Both the position numbers and the translations under genes were made by a program. From an uncultured Acidobacteriota bacterium (GTDB taxonomy: Bacteria > Acidobacteriota > Thermoanaerobaculia > Gp7-AA8), in contig CAWGHO010000002.1 in NCBI GenBank assembly GCA_963822445.1, forward strand, positions 2,336,001-2,400,000: 64,000 bases of DNA, written 5' to 3'. Positions within the stretch are counted from its first letter, which is position 1, and the number at the start of each line of letters is the position of its first letter. This document shows, one piece after another, positions 29,959 to 40,960 of the stretch. The notes under the pieces were generated by a model. The model saw only the letters and a list, made by a program, of their open reading frames with translations. It searched no databases and had not been told where the DNA came from.

Positions 29959-30990
29959 GTGGCGACCGAGACCTCGATGGCCGACGTGCTCCGTAACATG
30001 CTCAGTTACGGGGACTTGTCGTTCCGGGACTTCATGGAGGTGGCCCTCTACCACCCGCAGTTCGGGTACTACACGCGGGGTGTTCACCCTGCCGGAAAAG
30101 GGGGTGATTTCGTCACCGCCCCCTCGCTGAGCCCGGCATTTTCCTTTGCCATTGCCGGGCTCGTCCGCGAGTTTTCGAGCCGCTGCGAGGGCGAGTTGTG
30201 CTCTTTTGTGGACATCGGGGCAGGGGACGGCTCTCTCATTAATAGTGTGCAGCGCGTGGTGCAGGCCTCCGGCCTGCCTTTCCGCTTCTTCGCCTTGGAC
30301 CGCGCCCGGGGCACATCCCTGGAAGACGTTCCGACCGACGGCGTCCACTTCATTTTCTCCAACGAGCTCTACGACGCCTTTCCCTTTGCCCGGCTCGTGA
30401 ACCGCGGGGAGCACCTTCACGAACTGTGGGTGACAGAGCGCGAGGGCGGGTTGGACTGGGCGGAACGGGAAGCTCCGGCGCCCTACGAGGACTACTTCGC
30501 GAGCCACGGCGTCGAGCTGGCCGAGGGGCAGTTCGTCGATGTGTCTCTGGAGTGGGAGGCGTTTCATCGCGAGGTCGTGAACCGCTTCGAGCGCGCGCTC
30601 TTCGTCACCTTCGACTACGGACACGAAGCGGCGAAGCTCTTCAGCTCGCGGCTGCGGCGGTTCGGAACGGCGGCCGCGTACTCCGGGCACCGCGTGTCGC
30701 GCGACCTGCTCGCCAACCCGGGAGAACAGGACCTGACCGCGCACATCAACTTCTCCGATCTGAAGCGCGCGGAGGCGGAGACGCTCTACTTCGATCGGAT
30801 GAACAAGTTCCTGCTCTCGATCGGAATCGCCGAACACCCGCTTCTTCAGCCCGGAACGGGCGATTTTCAGGAGCGCGAAGATGCCCGCCGCCTCGTTCTA
30901 CCTGACGGCATTGGCGAGGACTTACGGGTCCTGGTGCAGGCCAGAGGGGTGCCGCTGGATGGGTGGTCGTTCCAGCGTCCGCTGTATTAG
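29959..30990 (+). CDS. MidA/NDUFAF7 family SAM-dependent methyltransferase
   Basis: FRDFMEVALYHPQFGYY, GDFVTAP, DIGAGDG, SNELYDAFP, DYG, PGEQDLTAHINF. Confidence 0.88.
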   Translation: MATETSMADVLRNMLSYGDLSFRDFMEVALYHPQFGYYTRGVHPAGKGGDFVTAPSLSPAFSFAIAGLVREFSSRCEGELCSFVDIGAGDGSLINSVQRVVQASGLPFRFFALDRARGTSLEDVPTDGVHFIFSNELYDAFPFARLVNRGEHLHELWVTEREGGLDWAEREAPAPYEDYFASHGVELAEGQFVDVSLEWEAFHREVVNRFERALFVTFDYGHEAAKLFSSRLRRFGTAAAYSGHRVSRDLLANPGEQDLTAHINFSDLKRAEAETLYFDRMNKFLLSIGIAEHPLLQPGTGDFQEREDARRLVLPDGIGEDLRVLVQARGVPLDGWSFQRPLY

Positions 30991-30991
30991 G

Positions 30992-31019
30992 TTGACTCTC
31001 CGCTTTTGCCGTTTAGAAT
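30992..31019 (+). promoter_or_regulatory. Sigma-70-type promoter of the nuo operon
   Basis: TTGACT-N16-TAGAAT upstream of nuoA. Confidence 0.6.
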
Positions 31020-31050
31020 GACCGCGGTCGGCGACTCCGTCGAGAAAAAG

Positions 31051-31413
31051 ATGGCAAATTACTCGGTGCTGCTGGTAGCTGCGCTCATCGTGCTCTCGGT
31101 TCCGGTATTGACGCTTTTCGTCCTCCAGCCGCTGGTGCGCTCGGGCCGCCGGGGAGGCAAGGTGAAGCTCGAGCCGTACGAGTGCGGCATCGCCCCCACC
31201 TCCCTCGCTTTCGACCACAGGTTCTCGGTCCGCTACTTCCTGATCGCGGTCCTGTTCATCGTCTTCGACGTGGAGACGGTGTTCCTCTTCCCCTGGGCGA
31301 TCCGGTTCAAACAGCTCGGCCTGTTCGGCGCTGTGGAAATGGCAATCTTTCTTGCGATTCTCCTGATCGGTTACTTCTACGCCTGGAAGAGGAAGGTCCT
31401 TTCATGGGTCTGA
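31051..31413 (+). CDS. nuoA: Complex I subunit A
   Basis: [27 protein letters not shown]. Confidence 0.95.
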   Translation: MANYSVLLVAALIVLSVPVLTLFVLQPLVRSGRRGGKVKLEPYECGIAPTSLAFDHRFSVRYFLIAVLFIVFDVETVFLFPWAIRFKQLGLFGAVEMAIFLAILLIGYFYAWKRKVLSWV

Positions 31414-32424
31414 TCGAGGGCCGATTCGATTCGAACGTCCTGACGACGTCGGTCGACAAGATTTTCAACTGGGCCCGCAAGTCTTCCCTCTGGCCGATGC
31501 AGTTCGGTCTGGCCTGCTGCGCCATCGAGATGATGGCCGTCCTCGATCCCCGCCACGACATGGCCCGCTTCGGCGCCGAAGTCTTTCGCGCGACGCCGCG
31601 GCAGGCCGACCTGATGATCGTCTCCGGCACGGTCACCGAGAAAATGGCCCCCATCGTCCGCCGTCTCTGGGACCAGATGCCCGATCCGAAATGGGTCATC
31701 TCCATGGGCTCGTGCGCGACGTGCGGCGGTCCGTATGACACCTACGCCGTCACGCAGGGTGTCGATCGACTCGTTCCGGTCGACGTCTACATTCCCGGTT
31801 GTCCTCCTCGCCCCGAGGCGCTGATCTGGGGATTGATGGAGCTGCAGAAGAAGATCGAGAAGATGCACATCCTGCGGAAGGGCGGCGAGGCCTACGACTT
31901 CGCGCGCGCCGCGGTGCGCGACTCCCTGCGGCCCGAGCACGAAGGTCCCGCGCTCCGCGCCGAGCAGGCCGCGCAGCTCAAACAGGCTCCGATCTCCGGC
32001 GTGAAGCGCGCCCCGGTCGCTCCTGCGCCTCCGAAACCGAAGCCCGTTGCGGCCGTCACCGAGGCGCCGGTCGAAGGCGAAGTATCGCGGGCCGAGATCG
32101 AACAGGCTGCCGCTCCCGAGGTCGTTCCGGGCGAGGCGACGGACGGTGCATCGCCGGCCGTTCCCTTCCATCGCGATGACCTCACCCTCCCCGAGCGCAT
32201 GCAGATGGCCGCGGAGATCGGCGGCAAGTGGGAGACGAAGCTCTTCGCGGCGATGGCCCAGACCGACTGCGGCGCATGCGGCTGGGATTGCGAAGGCTAC
32301 GCGAACGCGCATTGCCACCGGTGAGACCGACGACATCTCCCTCTGCGTGCCGGGCGAATCCGAAACGCTCGACATGCTCAAACTTCTGATGGAGGAAGCG
32401 GGCAAGCCGTACTCCGGCGTGTAG
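31404..32424 (+). CDS. nuoB: Complex I subunit B with C-terminal linker and extra Fe-S domain (frameshift at ~32310)
   Basis: [32 protein letters not shown]; then Pro/Ala linker and DCGACGWDC...LCVPG. Confidence 0.92.
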
Positions 32425-32430
32425 CCTCGA

Positions 32431-33262
32431 ATGTCAGAGCAAGCCCCTCCGCCGCCGCCACCCGCGACCACGCCCCCTGTCGGGTCTGCGGTTCCTGCTG
32501 TTCCCGCGGCGCCGCCGGCGCGCTCGTTCGACGACATCAAGCGCGATCCGCTCGTGGCCGCATCAGTCTCGCGCGCCGGCGATGCGATCACCGGCGCGAA
32601 AGAGCAGGTCGGCGAGATCACCCTGTTCGTCGAGCGCGATCGCATCGTCGACGTCTGCCGCATCTTCAAGGACGACGGCTTCAACTACCTCGTCGATCTC
32701 GCCGGCGTCGACTACTCGAAGTATCCGAATCACACCGGGCCGCGCTTCAGCGTCGCCTACACGCTCTACTCGTTCCAGAAGAACAACCGCGTCCGCCTTC
32801 GGGCCTGGACGCCGGAGAACGAATCGATCCCCTCGGTGACGTCGGTCTGGAAAACGGCGAACTGGCACGAGCGCGAGACGTTCGACATGCTCGGCATCGA
32901 CTTTTCCGGCCACCCGAACCTCGAGCGCATCCTGATGTGGGAAGGCTTCAACGGCCATCCGCTGCGCAAGGACTTTCCGATCCGCGGCATCGACACCGGC
33001 GCACGGATTTACCCCGAGGTTTTCCCCGAGGGTGGGGGACCGAAGCCGGGATCGACGGGCAAGCCTGCCGCGGACGTGAACATCTTCAAAGGTGAGTGGA
33101 ACAAGTACGGAACCGCGCCCGCTCCGCAGATCGGCGGCGGCGCGAAGCCGGCTGCTGCCGCGAAACCCGCGCCGAAGCCTGTCGCCGCCGCCCCAGCAGC
33201 GCCCGCGCCGGCCCCGGCGGCTGCCGCAGCGGCCGCGTCTTCAGAGGATGAGGAGCCTGCCG

Positions 33263-33270
<8 letters not shown>
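32431..33270 (+). CDS. nuoC: Complex I subunit C
   Basis: [38 protein letters not shown]; Pro/Ala-rich termini. Confidence 0.93.
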
Positions 33271-34382
<1,112 letters not shown>

Positions 34383-34385
34383 CCG

Positions 34386-34464
34386 AATGCAGAATGCAAA
34401 ATGCAGAATGCAGAAAGAGGTCGCGCATCAGGCTTCTGCATTCTGCATTCTGCATTCTGCATTC
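34386..34464. repeat. Inverted array of 7-mer repeats (GAATGCA)n ... (TTCTGCA)n between nuoD and nuoH
   Basis: gaatgca gaatgca aaatgca gaatgca ... ttctgca ttctgca ttctgca ttctgca ttc. Confidence 0.88.
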
Positions 34465-34482
34465 GCTCCGCGGGGCACGCGC

Positions 34483-35623
34483 ATGAACAAGACTCTCCTG
34501 ACTTACCTCATCTGGCCGGTGGTCAAGTTCATCATCGCCTTCCTCATCGTGCAGATCATCGTCGCGGCGATGAACTGGGTGGAGCGGCGTCTTCTCGGCC
34601 TGATGCAGGCGCGCCTCGGCCCGAATCGCGTTGGTCCGATGGGGTCTGCTGCAGATCGTCGCCGATCCGATCAAGTTCCTGCTCAAGGAAGACATCATTC
34701 CGTCGAAGGCCGAGAAGGTCGGGCACTTCCTCGGACCGGTGCTGCCGCTGCTGCCGGCGTTCATGGTCTTCTGCCTGATTCCGTACGGTCCGCCGCCGAC
34801 TTTCACCGTCACGCGCGTGAACGTTGGCCTCCTGCTGATCCTGGCCATGACCTCGACCGCGGTCTACGGGATCATCCTCGGCGGCTGGGCTTCGAACAAC
34901 AAATACTCGCTGATGGGCGGTCTCCGCTCCGCGGCGCAGATGGTCTCGTACGAAGTGCCGTTCGGGCTGTCGATCGTCGGCGTGTTGATGATCTGCGGCT
35001 CGCTCGATCTCGTGCAGATCGTGCGCTACCAGGAACTGAACGCCTGGAACTTCCTCACCCAGATCGTGGCCTGCTTCATCTTCTTCGTGTCGATGAACGC
35101 GGAGAACAATCGAACGCCGTTCGATTTGCCTGAAGCGGAATCGGAGCTCGTGGCCGGCTATCACACCGAGTATTCGGCGATGAAGTTCGCGTTCTTCATG
35201 CTCGGCGAGTACTCGATGATGATCGTGAACTCCTGCCTGATCGTGACGCTGTTCTTCGGCGGCTGGACGCTGGGCATGTTCGACATGGGGCTGACCACGG
35301 CGGTGCTCGCGAAGATGGGCTTCATCGGCGGACTGCTCGGCGCGGCGATCTTCTTCACGAAGGTCATGATGTTCATGCTCGTGTACGTCTGGTTCCGCGC
35401 GACCTTCCCCCGTTTCCGCTTCGACCAGCTCATGGACCTCGGATGGAAGTACATGATTCCCCTGGCCCTGGCGAACATCTTCGTCACCGGCATCTTCATC
35501 CTCATCGGTCAGGAGCGGACCATGGGCCTGTTCGGGCTGGTGGTGATCGGAGCGACGGCCTTCTTCCTGTTCAAGCCGAAACCGAAGCGCGCGACGACCG
35601 CGAAGGTGATCCATGCAAGTTGA
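34483..35623 (+). CDS. nuoH: Complex I subunit H (frameshift at ~34644)
   Basis: ERRLLGLMQARLGPNRVG, QMVSYE, NRTPFDLPEAESELVAG, PRFRFDQLM. Confidence 0.94.
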
Positions 35624-36143
35624 GTATCCGAAGAATCGCTGGTCGGAGAAGTTCCTCCTCCTGGACATCTTCGAGGGGCTGAAGACCACTCTGCGCGAGC
35701 TCTTCGTTCCGAAGGTCACCATCCGTTATCCGGAAGAGCGGATGGAGCCGGCCGATCGCTTCCGCGGCATGTTCCGTTTCTCCTTCGACCGCTGCATCGC
35801 CTGCAAGCTCTGCGCGGTGGCCTGCCCGATCGACATCATTTACATCGACGTGCACGACGAGACGATCGAAGAGGGCGGCAAGAAGAAAAAGATCAAAGTC
35901 CTCGACCGCTACGACATCGATGTGAAGCGCTGCATGTTCTGCGCGCTCTGCGAAGAAGCCTGCCCGACGAAGCCGAAGTCGATCTGGCTGACCACCAAGA
36001 CCTACGAGCTGGCCAGCTACGACCGCAACGACCTGTACTTCAACATGCAGGAGCTCGAGTACTGGGACGACAGGCCGAAGTACACCGGCCTGCCTGAGGA
36101 AGAGGGCCAGCCGAAAGTCGATGAGACCCGGCTGCTGACGTAA
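35613..36143 (+). CDS. nuoI: Complex I subunit I
   Basis: CIACKLCAVACP and CMFCALCEEACP. Confidence 0.94.
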   Translation: MQVEYPKNRWSEKFLLLDIFEGLKTTLRELFVPKVTIRYPEERMEPADRFRGMFRFSFDRCIACKLCAVACPIDIIYIDVHDETIEEGGKKKKIKVLDRYDIDVKRCMFCALCEEACPTKPKSIWLTTKTYELASYDRNDLYFNMQELEYWDDRPKYTGLPEEEGQPKVDETRLLT

Positions 36144-36146
36144 ATC

Positions 36147-36827
36147 ATGGACGAGCTGATTGCCAACATCCCGATGCTCGTGTTCCTGGTGATCGGGACA
36201 CTCGCCGTGGCTTCGTCGATTCTGGTCGTGGCCATGCGCAATCCCGTGCACTCGGCGCTGTTTCTCCTGCTCACCTTCCTCTGCGTGGCGGTGCTGTTCG
36301 TCATCAAGTCCGCGGAGTTCGTCGCGGCCGTGCAGGTGCTCGTCTACGCCGGCGGCGTCATGGTGCTGTTCCTGTTCGTGGTCATGCTGATCAACCACCG
36401 CGAGCTTCCGGAAGAGAAGGTGCTCTCCCGTTTCTGGACGGGCGGCCTGCTGGTCGGAATCGGCGTGTTCGCGCTCTTCTTCACCATCGTCCGCACCGGC
36501 GCGTACCACGACTCGATCGCCAATCCGGAGAAGAAGCTGAACACGGTGAAGGAGTCGTACATCACCGACCATCCGACGGATCCGAACAAGTCCGTGCGCC
36601 GCACGCGCGATCGCGAGAATCACAATGCCGAGGCGGTGGCCATGTCGCTGTATCGCGACTATCTCGTGCCGTTCGAGGTCGTGTCGCTATTCCTTCTTGT
36701 GGCCATGGTCGGCGCGATCGTGATCGGCAAGCGCGAGCTGCTGGCCGAGGAAGAAGAGACCACGCCGCAGTTCATCCTGGAGCGGGCCGAGGTCGAGAAG
36801 GAAGTGAAGGACGTCGTGAATGCCTGA
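36147..36827 (+). CDS. nuoJ: Complex I subunit J
   Basis: NPVHSAL, QVLVYAGGVMVLFLFVVML, PFEVVS. Confidence 0.94.
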   Translation: MDELIANIPMLVFLVIGTLAVASSILVVAMRNPVHSALFLLLTFLCVAVLFVIKSAEFVAAVQVLVYAGGVMVLFLFVVMLINHRELPEEKVLSRFWTGGLLVGIGVFALFFTIVRTGAYHDSIANPEKKLNTVKESYITDHPTDPNKSVRRTRDRENHNAEAVAMSLYRDYLVPFEVVSLFLLVAMVGAIVIGKRELLAEEEETTPQFILERAEVEKEVKDVVNA

Positions 36828-37122
36828 TACCGCCGCTTACCTGATGCTTTCCGGGACGATGTTCGCGGTCGGCCTCGTCGGCGTGATCGTCCGGCGGAAC
36901 ATGATCACCGTGCTGATGTGCATCGAGCTGATGCTCAACGCCGTCAACATCAACCTCATCGCATTCTCCCATCGCCTGGCCAATCTCGAAGGGCAGGTCT
37001 TCACGGTGTTCATCATCACCATCGCGGCCGGCGAGGCGGCGGTGGGGCTGGCGATCATCATTCAGTTGTACCGGCTGCGGGCCACGGTGAACATCGACGA
37101 AGTGAGGACGCTGCATGGGTAG
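36820..37122 (+). CDS. nuoK: Complex I subunit K
   Basis: RRNMITVLMCIELMLNA, AAGEAAVGLA. Confidence 0.95.
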   Translation: MPDTAAYLMLSGTMFAVGLVGVIVRRNMITVLMCIELMLNAVNINLIAFSHRLANLEGQVFTVFIITIAAGEAAVGLAIIIQLYRLRATVNIDEVRTLHG

Positions 37123-37132
37123 CCTTTATTCA

Positions 37133-37239
37133 ATCCTTGGCCGCGGAGCGGCCGAGGATCTACGGTGCACCTGCGCAGCTCGTGGCCGAGGGCGTCGCGA
37201 GTGTAACCAGAGATCCTCCGGCGCGTCGCGCCGAAGGAT
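37133..37239. repeat. REP-like inverted pair between nuoK and nuoL
   Basis: ATCCTTGGCCGCGGAGCGGCCGAGGATCT ... AGATCCTCCGGCGCGTCGCGCCGAAGGAT. Confidence 0.6.
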
Positions 37240-37249
37240 AAAGTGAACT

Positions 37250-39334
37250 ATGGCTAGCGCACTTCTACTAGTCGTCCTGCTGCCCGCGCTCGGTGCGCTG
37301 ATCAACGGCACGCGCGCGTTCGTGAATCCGCATACGCCGAAGAACAAGAGCATCACCAACCTCGTCGCGCTGGGAACCACCGGACTGTCCGCGCTGATCG
37401 CGGCCTACATCGTCTACGCCCACATCGGCCACCCGGAACAGTACTCGTACTACGAGTGGATCCCGTCGGGCATGGGCGCGGTCGGCAATCAGATCGCCAA
37501 CTTCTCCATCGACTTCGCGTTCCGCATCGACTCGCTCTCGTCGACGATGCTGTTGATCGTCACCTGGATCGGCTTCCTGATCCATGTCTACGCGACCGGC
37601 TACATGTCGCACGAGAAGGGCTACACGCGCTTCTTCACCTACCTCAACCTGTTCATGTTCATGATGCTGCTCCTCGTTCTCGGAGCGAACTACATCGTCA
37701 TGTTCGTGGGCTGGGAAGGGGTGGGCCTCTGCTCGTACCTGCTCATCGGTTTCTATTACGACAAGAACTTCGCCGCCGACGCGGGCAAGAAAGCGTTCAT
37801 CACCAATCGCATCGGCGACTTCGGCTTCATCCTCGGCATTTTCCTCATCTTCAACACCTTCGGCACTTCCGATTACGTGAAGGTGTTCACGCTGGCGAGC
37901 GAAGGCGGACATGCCTACGCGGGCGTCGCGACGGCGATCTGCCTGCTGCTGTTCATCGGCGCGTGCGGTAAGTCCGCGCAGGTGCCGCTGTATGTCTGGC
38001 TGCCCGACGCGATGGCCGGACCGACGCCGGTCTCCGCGCTGATCCATGCCGCGACGATGGTCACCGCCGGTGTGTACATGGTCGTGCGCTCGAACGTGCT
38101 GTTCCGGCTTTCTGAAACGGCTTCGCTGACCGTGGCCGTCGTCGGTGCGGTCACGGCGATCTTCGCGGCGTCGATTGGTCTCGCCCAGAACGACATCAAG
38201 AAAGTCCTCGCGTATTCGACCGTCTCGCAGCTCGGGTTCATGTTTATCGCCGCTGGCGTCGGTGCGTACAGCGCGGCGATCTTCCATGTCATGACCCACG
38301 CCTTCTTCAAGGCCTGCCTCTTCCTCGGCGCCGGCTCGGTCATTCACGGCTGCGGCGGCGAGCAGGACATGCGCAAGATGGGCGGCTTGCGGAAGTACAT
38401 GCCCCACACGCATCGCACGATGGCCATCGCCACGTATGCGATCGCCGGTCTGCCGTTCGCGGCGGGCTTCGTTTCGAAGGATGAGATTCTCGCGACGGCC
38501 TGGGGCAAACAGCCGGCCATCTGGGTCGTCGGTGCGATCGCGGCGGCGTTCACCGCCTTCTACATGTTCCGCCTCTACTTCATGACTTTCTGGGGTGAGT
38601 ACCGCGGCGGCCACGCGCCCGAGCATGGCCACGGCCACGACGCGCACGACGACCACGGTGGGCATCACGCGCACGATCCGCATGAATCGCCGGCGTCGAT
38701 GACCGGAGTGTTGTGGGTGCTGGCGATCCTCTCGATCATCGGCGGCTTCATTGGCTGGCCTGCGGCTCTCGGCGGATCGCATCCGACACCGTTCCAGAAC
38801 TGGCTTTCGCCGGTCCTGCCGCCGGTCGGCGATCACGCCTATCACTTCCATCACGAGCCCCGCCTCTGGCTGGAGTGGCTGCTGATGGGCATCTCCGTCG
38901 GCCTGGCACTCATCAGCGTTTTCCTCGCGTATCGGTTGTACGTGAAGCGGCCGCCGGTGCCGGACGTCCTCGAGCGCCGTCTCGGATTCGTCCACCGCGT
39001 GCTCGAGAACAAGTACTGGGTCGACGAGCTGTACAACGCGACGGCGATCCGCGCGACGATGCTGCTATCGACGGCGCTCTGGTGGTTCGACCGCTGGATC
39101 GTCGACGGCATCGTCAATTCCATCCGTCATCTGACCGTGTTCGGGTTCGGCCACGGCTCGAACATCTTCGACAAGTACGTCGTCGACGGCGCGGTGAACG
39201 GCGTGGGCTGGAGCGCGAAGAGCGGCTCCATGATGTTCCGGCGCGCACAGAGCGGTTTCGTGCAGAACTACGCGCTGATCATGGGCGGCGGCATCGTGTT
39301 GATTGCATTGGTTTATCTGTTCATGAAGCCGTGA
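37250..39334 (+). CDS. nuoL: Complex I subunit L
   Basis: GWEGVG, KSAQVPL..WLPDAMAGPTPVSALIHAATMV, THAFFKA. Confidence 0.96.
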   Translation: MASALLLVVLLPALGALINGTRAFVNPHTPKNKSITNLVALGTTGLSALIAAYIVYAHIGHPEQYSYYEWIPSGMGAVGNQIANFSIDFAFRIDSLSSTMLLIVTWIGFLIHVYATGYMSHEKGYTRFFTYLNLFMFMMLLLVLGANYIVMFVGWEGVGLCSYLLIGFYYDKNFAADAGKKAFITNRIGDFGFILGIFLIFNTFGTSDYVKVFTLASEGGHAYAGVATAICLLLFIGACGKSAQVPLYVWLPDAMAGPTPVSALIHAATMVTAGVYMVVRSNVLFRLSETASLTVAVVGAVTAIFAASIGLAQNDIKKVLAYSTVSQLGFMFIAAGVGAYSAAIFHVMTHAFFKACLFLGAGSVIHGCGGEQDMRKMGGLRKYMPHTHRTMAIATYAIAGLPFAAGFVSKDEILATAWGKQPAIWVVGAIAAAFTAFYMFRLYFMTFWGEYRGGHAPEHGHGHDAHDDHGGHHAHDPHESPASMTGVLWVLAILSIIGGFIGWPAALGGSHPTPFQNWLSPVLPPVGDHAYHFHHEPRLWLEWLLMGISVGLALISVFLAYRLYVKRPPVPDVLERRLGFVHRVLENKYWVDELYNATAIRATMLLSTALWWFDRWIVDGIVNSIRHLTVFGFGHGSNIFDKYVVDGAVNGVGWSAKSGSMMFRRAQSGFVQNYALIMGGGIVLIALVYLFMKP

Positions 39335-39349
39335 GCTGACGGGAGAGCA

Positions 39350-40960
39350 ATGGGCATTCTCAACATCATCACGTACATCCCCCTCGCGGGCGCGCTGTTC
39401 ATCCTGTTCGCGTTGAACCGCGGCAATGCGCGCGCGATCCGGATCGTGGCCACGGCCACGGTCGTGATCGACTTCCTGGTCTCGCTCTACCTCTGGCCGA
39501 ACTTCGACCGCGCCGCGTCGGGCAACGGGATCTGGCAGTTCCAGGAAAAGTACGAGTGGATTCCTTCCCTCGGCGTCAGCTACCACTTCGGCATCGACGG
39601 CATCGCTCTGCTGCTCGTCCTGATGACGACCTTCTTCGGCATCATCGCCGTGGTCTCGTCGTACAGCGCCATCCAGCATCGCGAGAAGGAGTACTACACG
39701 CTGCTGCTCATGCTGCAGACGGGCATGATCGGCACCTTCTGCGCGCTCGACTTCTTCCTCTTCTACGTCTTCTGGGAAATCATGCTCGTGCCGATGTACT
39801 TCATCATCGGCATCTGGGGCGGCGCGCGGAAGCTCTACGCGGCGATCAAGTTCTTCCTGTACACGCTGGCCGGCTCCGTGCTGATGCTGCTGGCCATCCT
39901 GGCGCTGTTCTTCTTCAACGACGGCGGCATCGAGTTCCTGAACATTCGAGGGTTGGGCAACGCGCCGACGTTCAGCGTGCTCCAGTTCCACAACATCGGC
40001 CATCTCATCCCGCCGACGCTGCAGTTCTGGATCTTCCTCGGCTTCTTCTTCGGCTTCGCCATCAAAGTGCCGATGTTCCCGTTCCACACCTGGCTGCCCG
40101 ACGCTCACGTCGAGGCGCCTACGGCCGGCTCGATCATCCTGGCGGCCGTGCTCCTGAAAATGGGCACGTATGGTTTCGTGCGGTTCGCACTGCCGATCCT
40201 GCCTGATGCGACGAAAGAGCTGCTCGTGCCGATCGTCGTGCTCTCACTGATCGGCATCATCTACGGCGCGCTCGTGTCCCTCGTGCAGAAGGACATGAAG
40301 AAGCTCGTCGCGTACTCGTCCGTTTCGCACCTCGGCTTCGTCATGCTGGGGATGTTCGCGCTCAACCCGATGGGCCTCAAGGGCTCAGTGCTGCAGATGA
40401 TCAACCACGGCATCTCCACCGGCGCGCTCTTCCTTCTGGTCGGCATCATCTACGAGCGCCGCCATACCCGGATGATCGCGGACTACGGCGGACTGGCCAA
40501 GCAGATGCCGATGTACGCGGCGCTGTTCCTGATCGCCGCGCTCTCGTCGATGGGATTGCCCGCGCTCAACGGCTTCATCGGTGAGTTCACGATCCTCCTC
40601 GGTGCCGCGAACTCCACGGCTTTCGGAACGATCGCGTACGCCGTCATCGCTGCCGTCGGCATCGTCCTCGGCGCGGCATACCTGCTCTGGCTCTACCAGC
40701 GCGTCTTCTGGGGACCGCTCGACAATCCCGCCAATGCCGCCGTGCCCGACGTCAATCGCCGGGAGTTGCTGCTGATGCTTTCGCTGGTCGGCCTGATGGT
40801 GTGGATCGGCGTGTATCCGAAGCCGCTCTTCGACGTGATCGAAGAGCCGGTGAACTACATCGTGCGCAAGGTCGATCCGACGTACTTCGACAGACAGCCG
40901 CTGACGTATCCGGATGCGCCGGCCGCTCCGGCTGCGCATCACGAGGTCGCGGTGAAATGA
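39350..40960 (+). CDS. nuoM: Complex I subunit M
   Basis: FWEIMLVPM, KVPMFPFHTWLPDAHVEAPT, AYSSVSH. Confidence 0.96.
   Translation: MGILNIITYIPLAGALFILFALNRGNARAIRIVATATVVIDFLVSLYLWPNFDRAASGNGIWQFQEKYEWIPSLGVSYHFGIDGIALLLVLMTTFFGIIAVVSSYSAIQHREKEYYTLLLMLQTGMIGTFCALDFFLFYVFWEIMLVPMYFIIGIWGGARKLYAAIKFFLYTLAGSVLMLLAILALFFFNDGGIEFLNIRGLGNAPTFSVLQFHNIGHLIPPTLQFWIFLGFFFGFAIKVPMFPFHTWLPDAHVEAPTAGSIILAAVLLKMGTYGFVRFALPILPDATKELLVPIVVLSLIGIIYGALVSLVQKDMKKLVAYSSVSHLGFVMLGMFALNPMGLKGSVLQMINHGISTGALFLLVGIIYERRHTRMIADYGGLAKQMPMYAALFLIAALSSMGLPALNGFIGEFTILLGAANSTAFGTIAYAVIAAVGIVLGAAYLLWLYQRVFWGPLDNPANAAVPDVNRRELLLMLSLVGLMVWIGVYPKPLFDVIEEPVNYIVRKVDPTYFDRQPLTYPDAPAAPAAHHEVAVK

Noticed and set aside
38605-38690. 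His-rich loop in NuoL as a novel metal site
   Set aside because: His-rich insertions at this position are common in NuoL proteins
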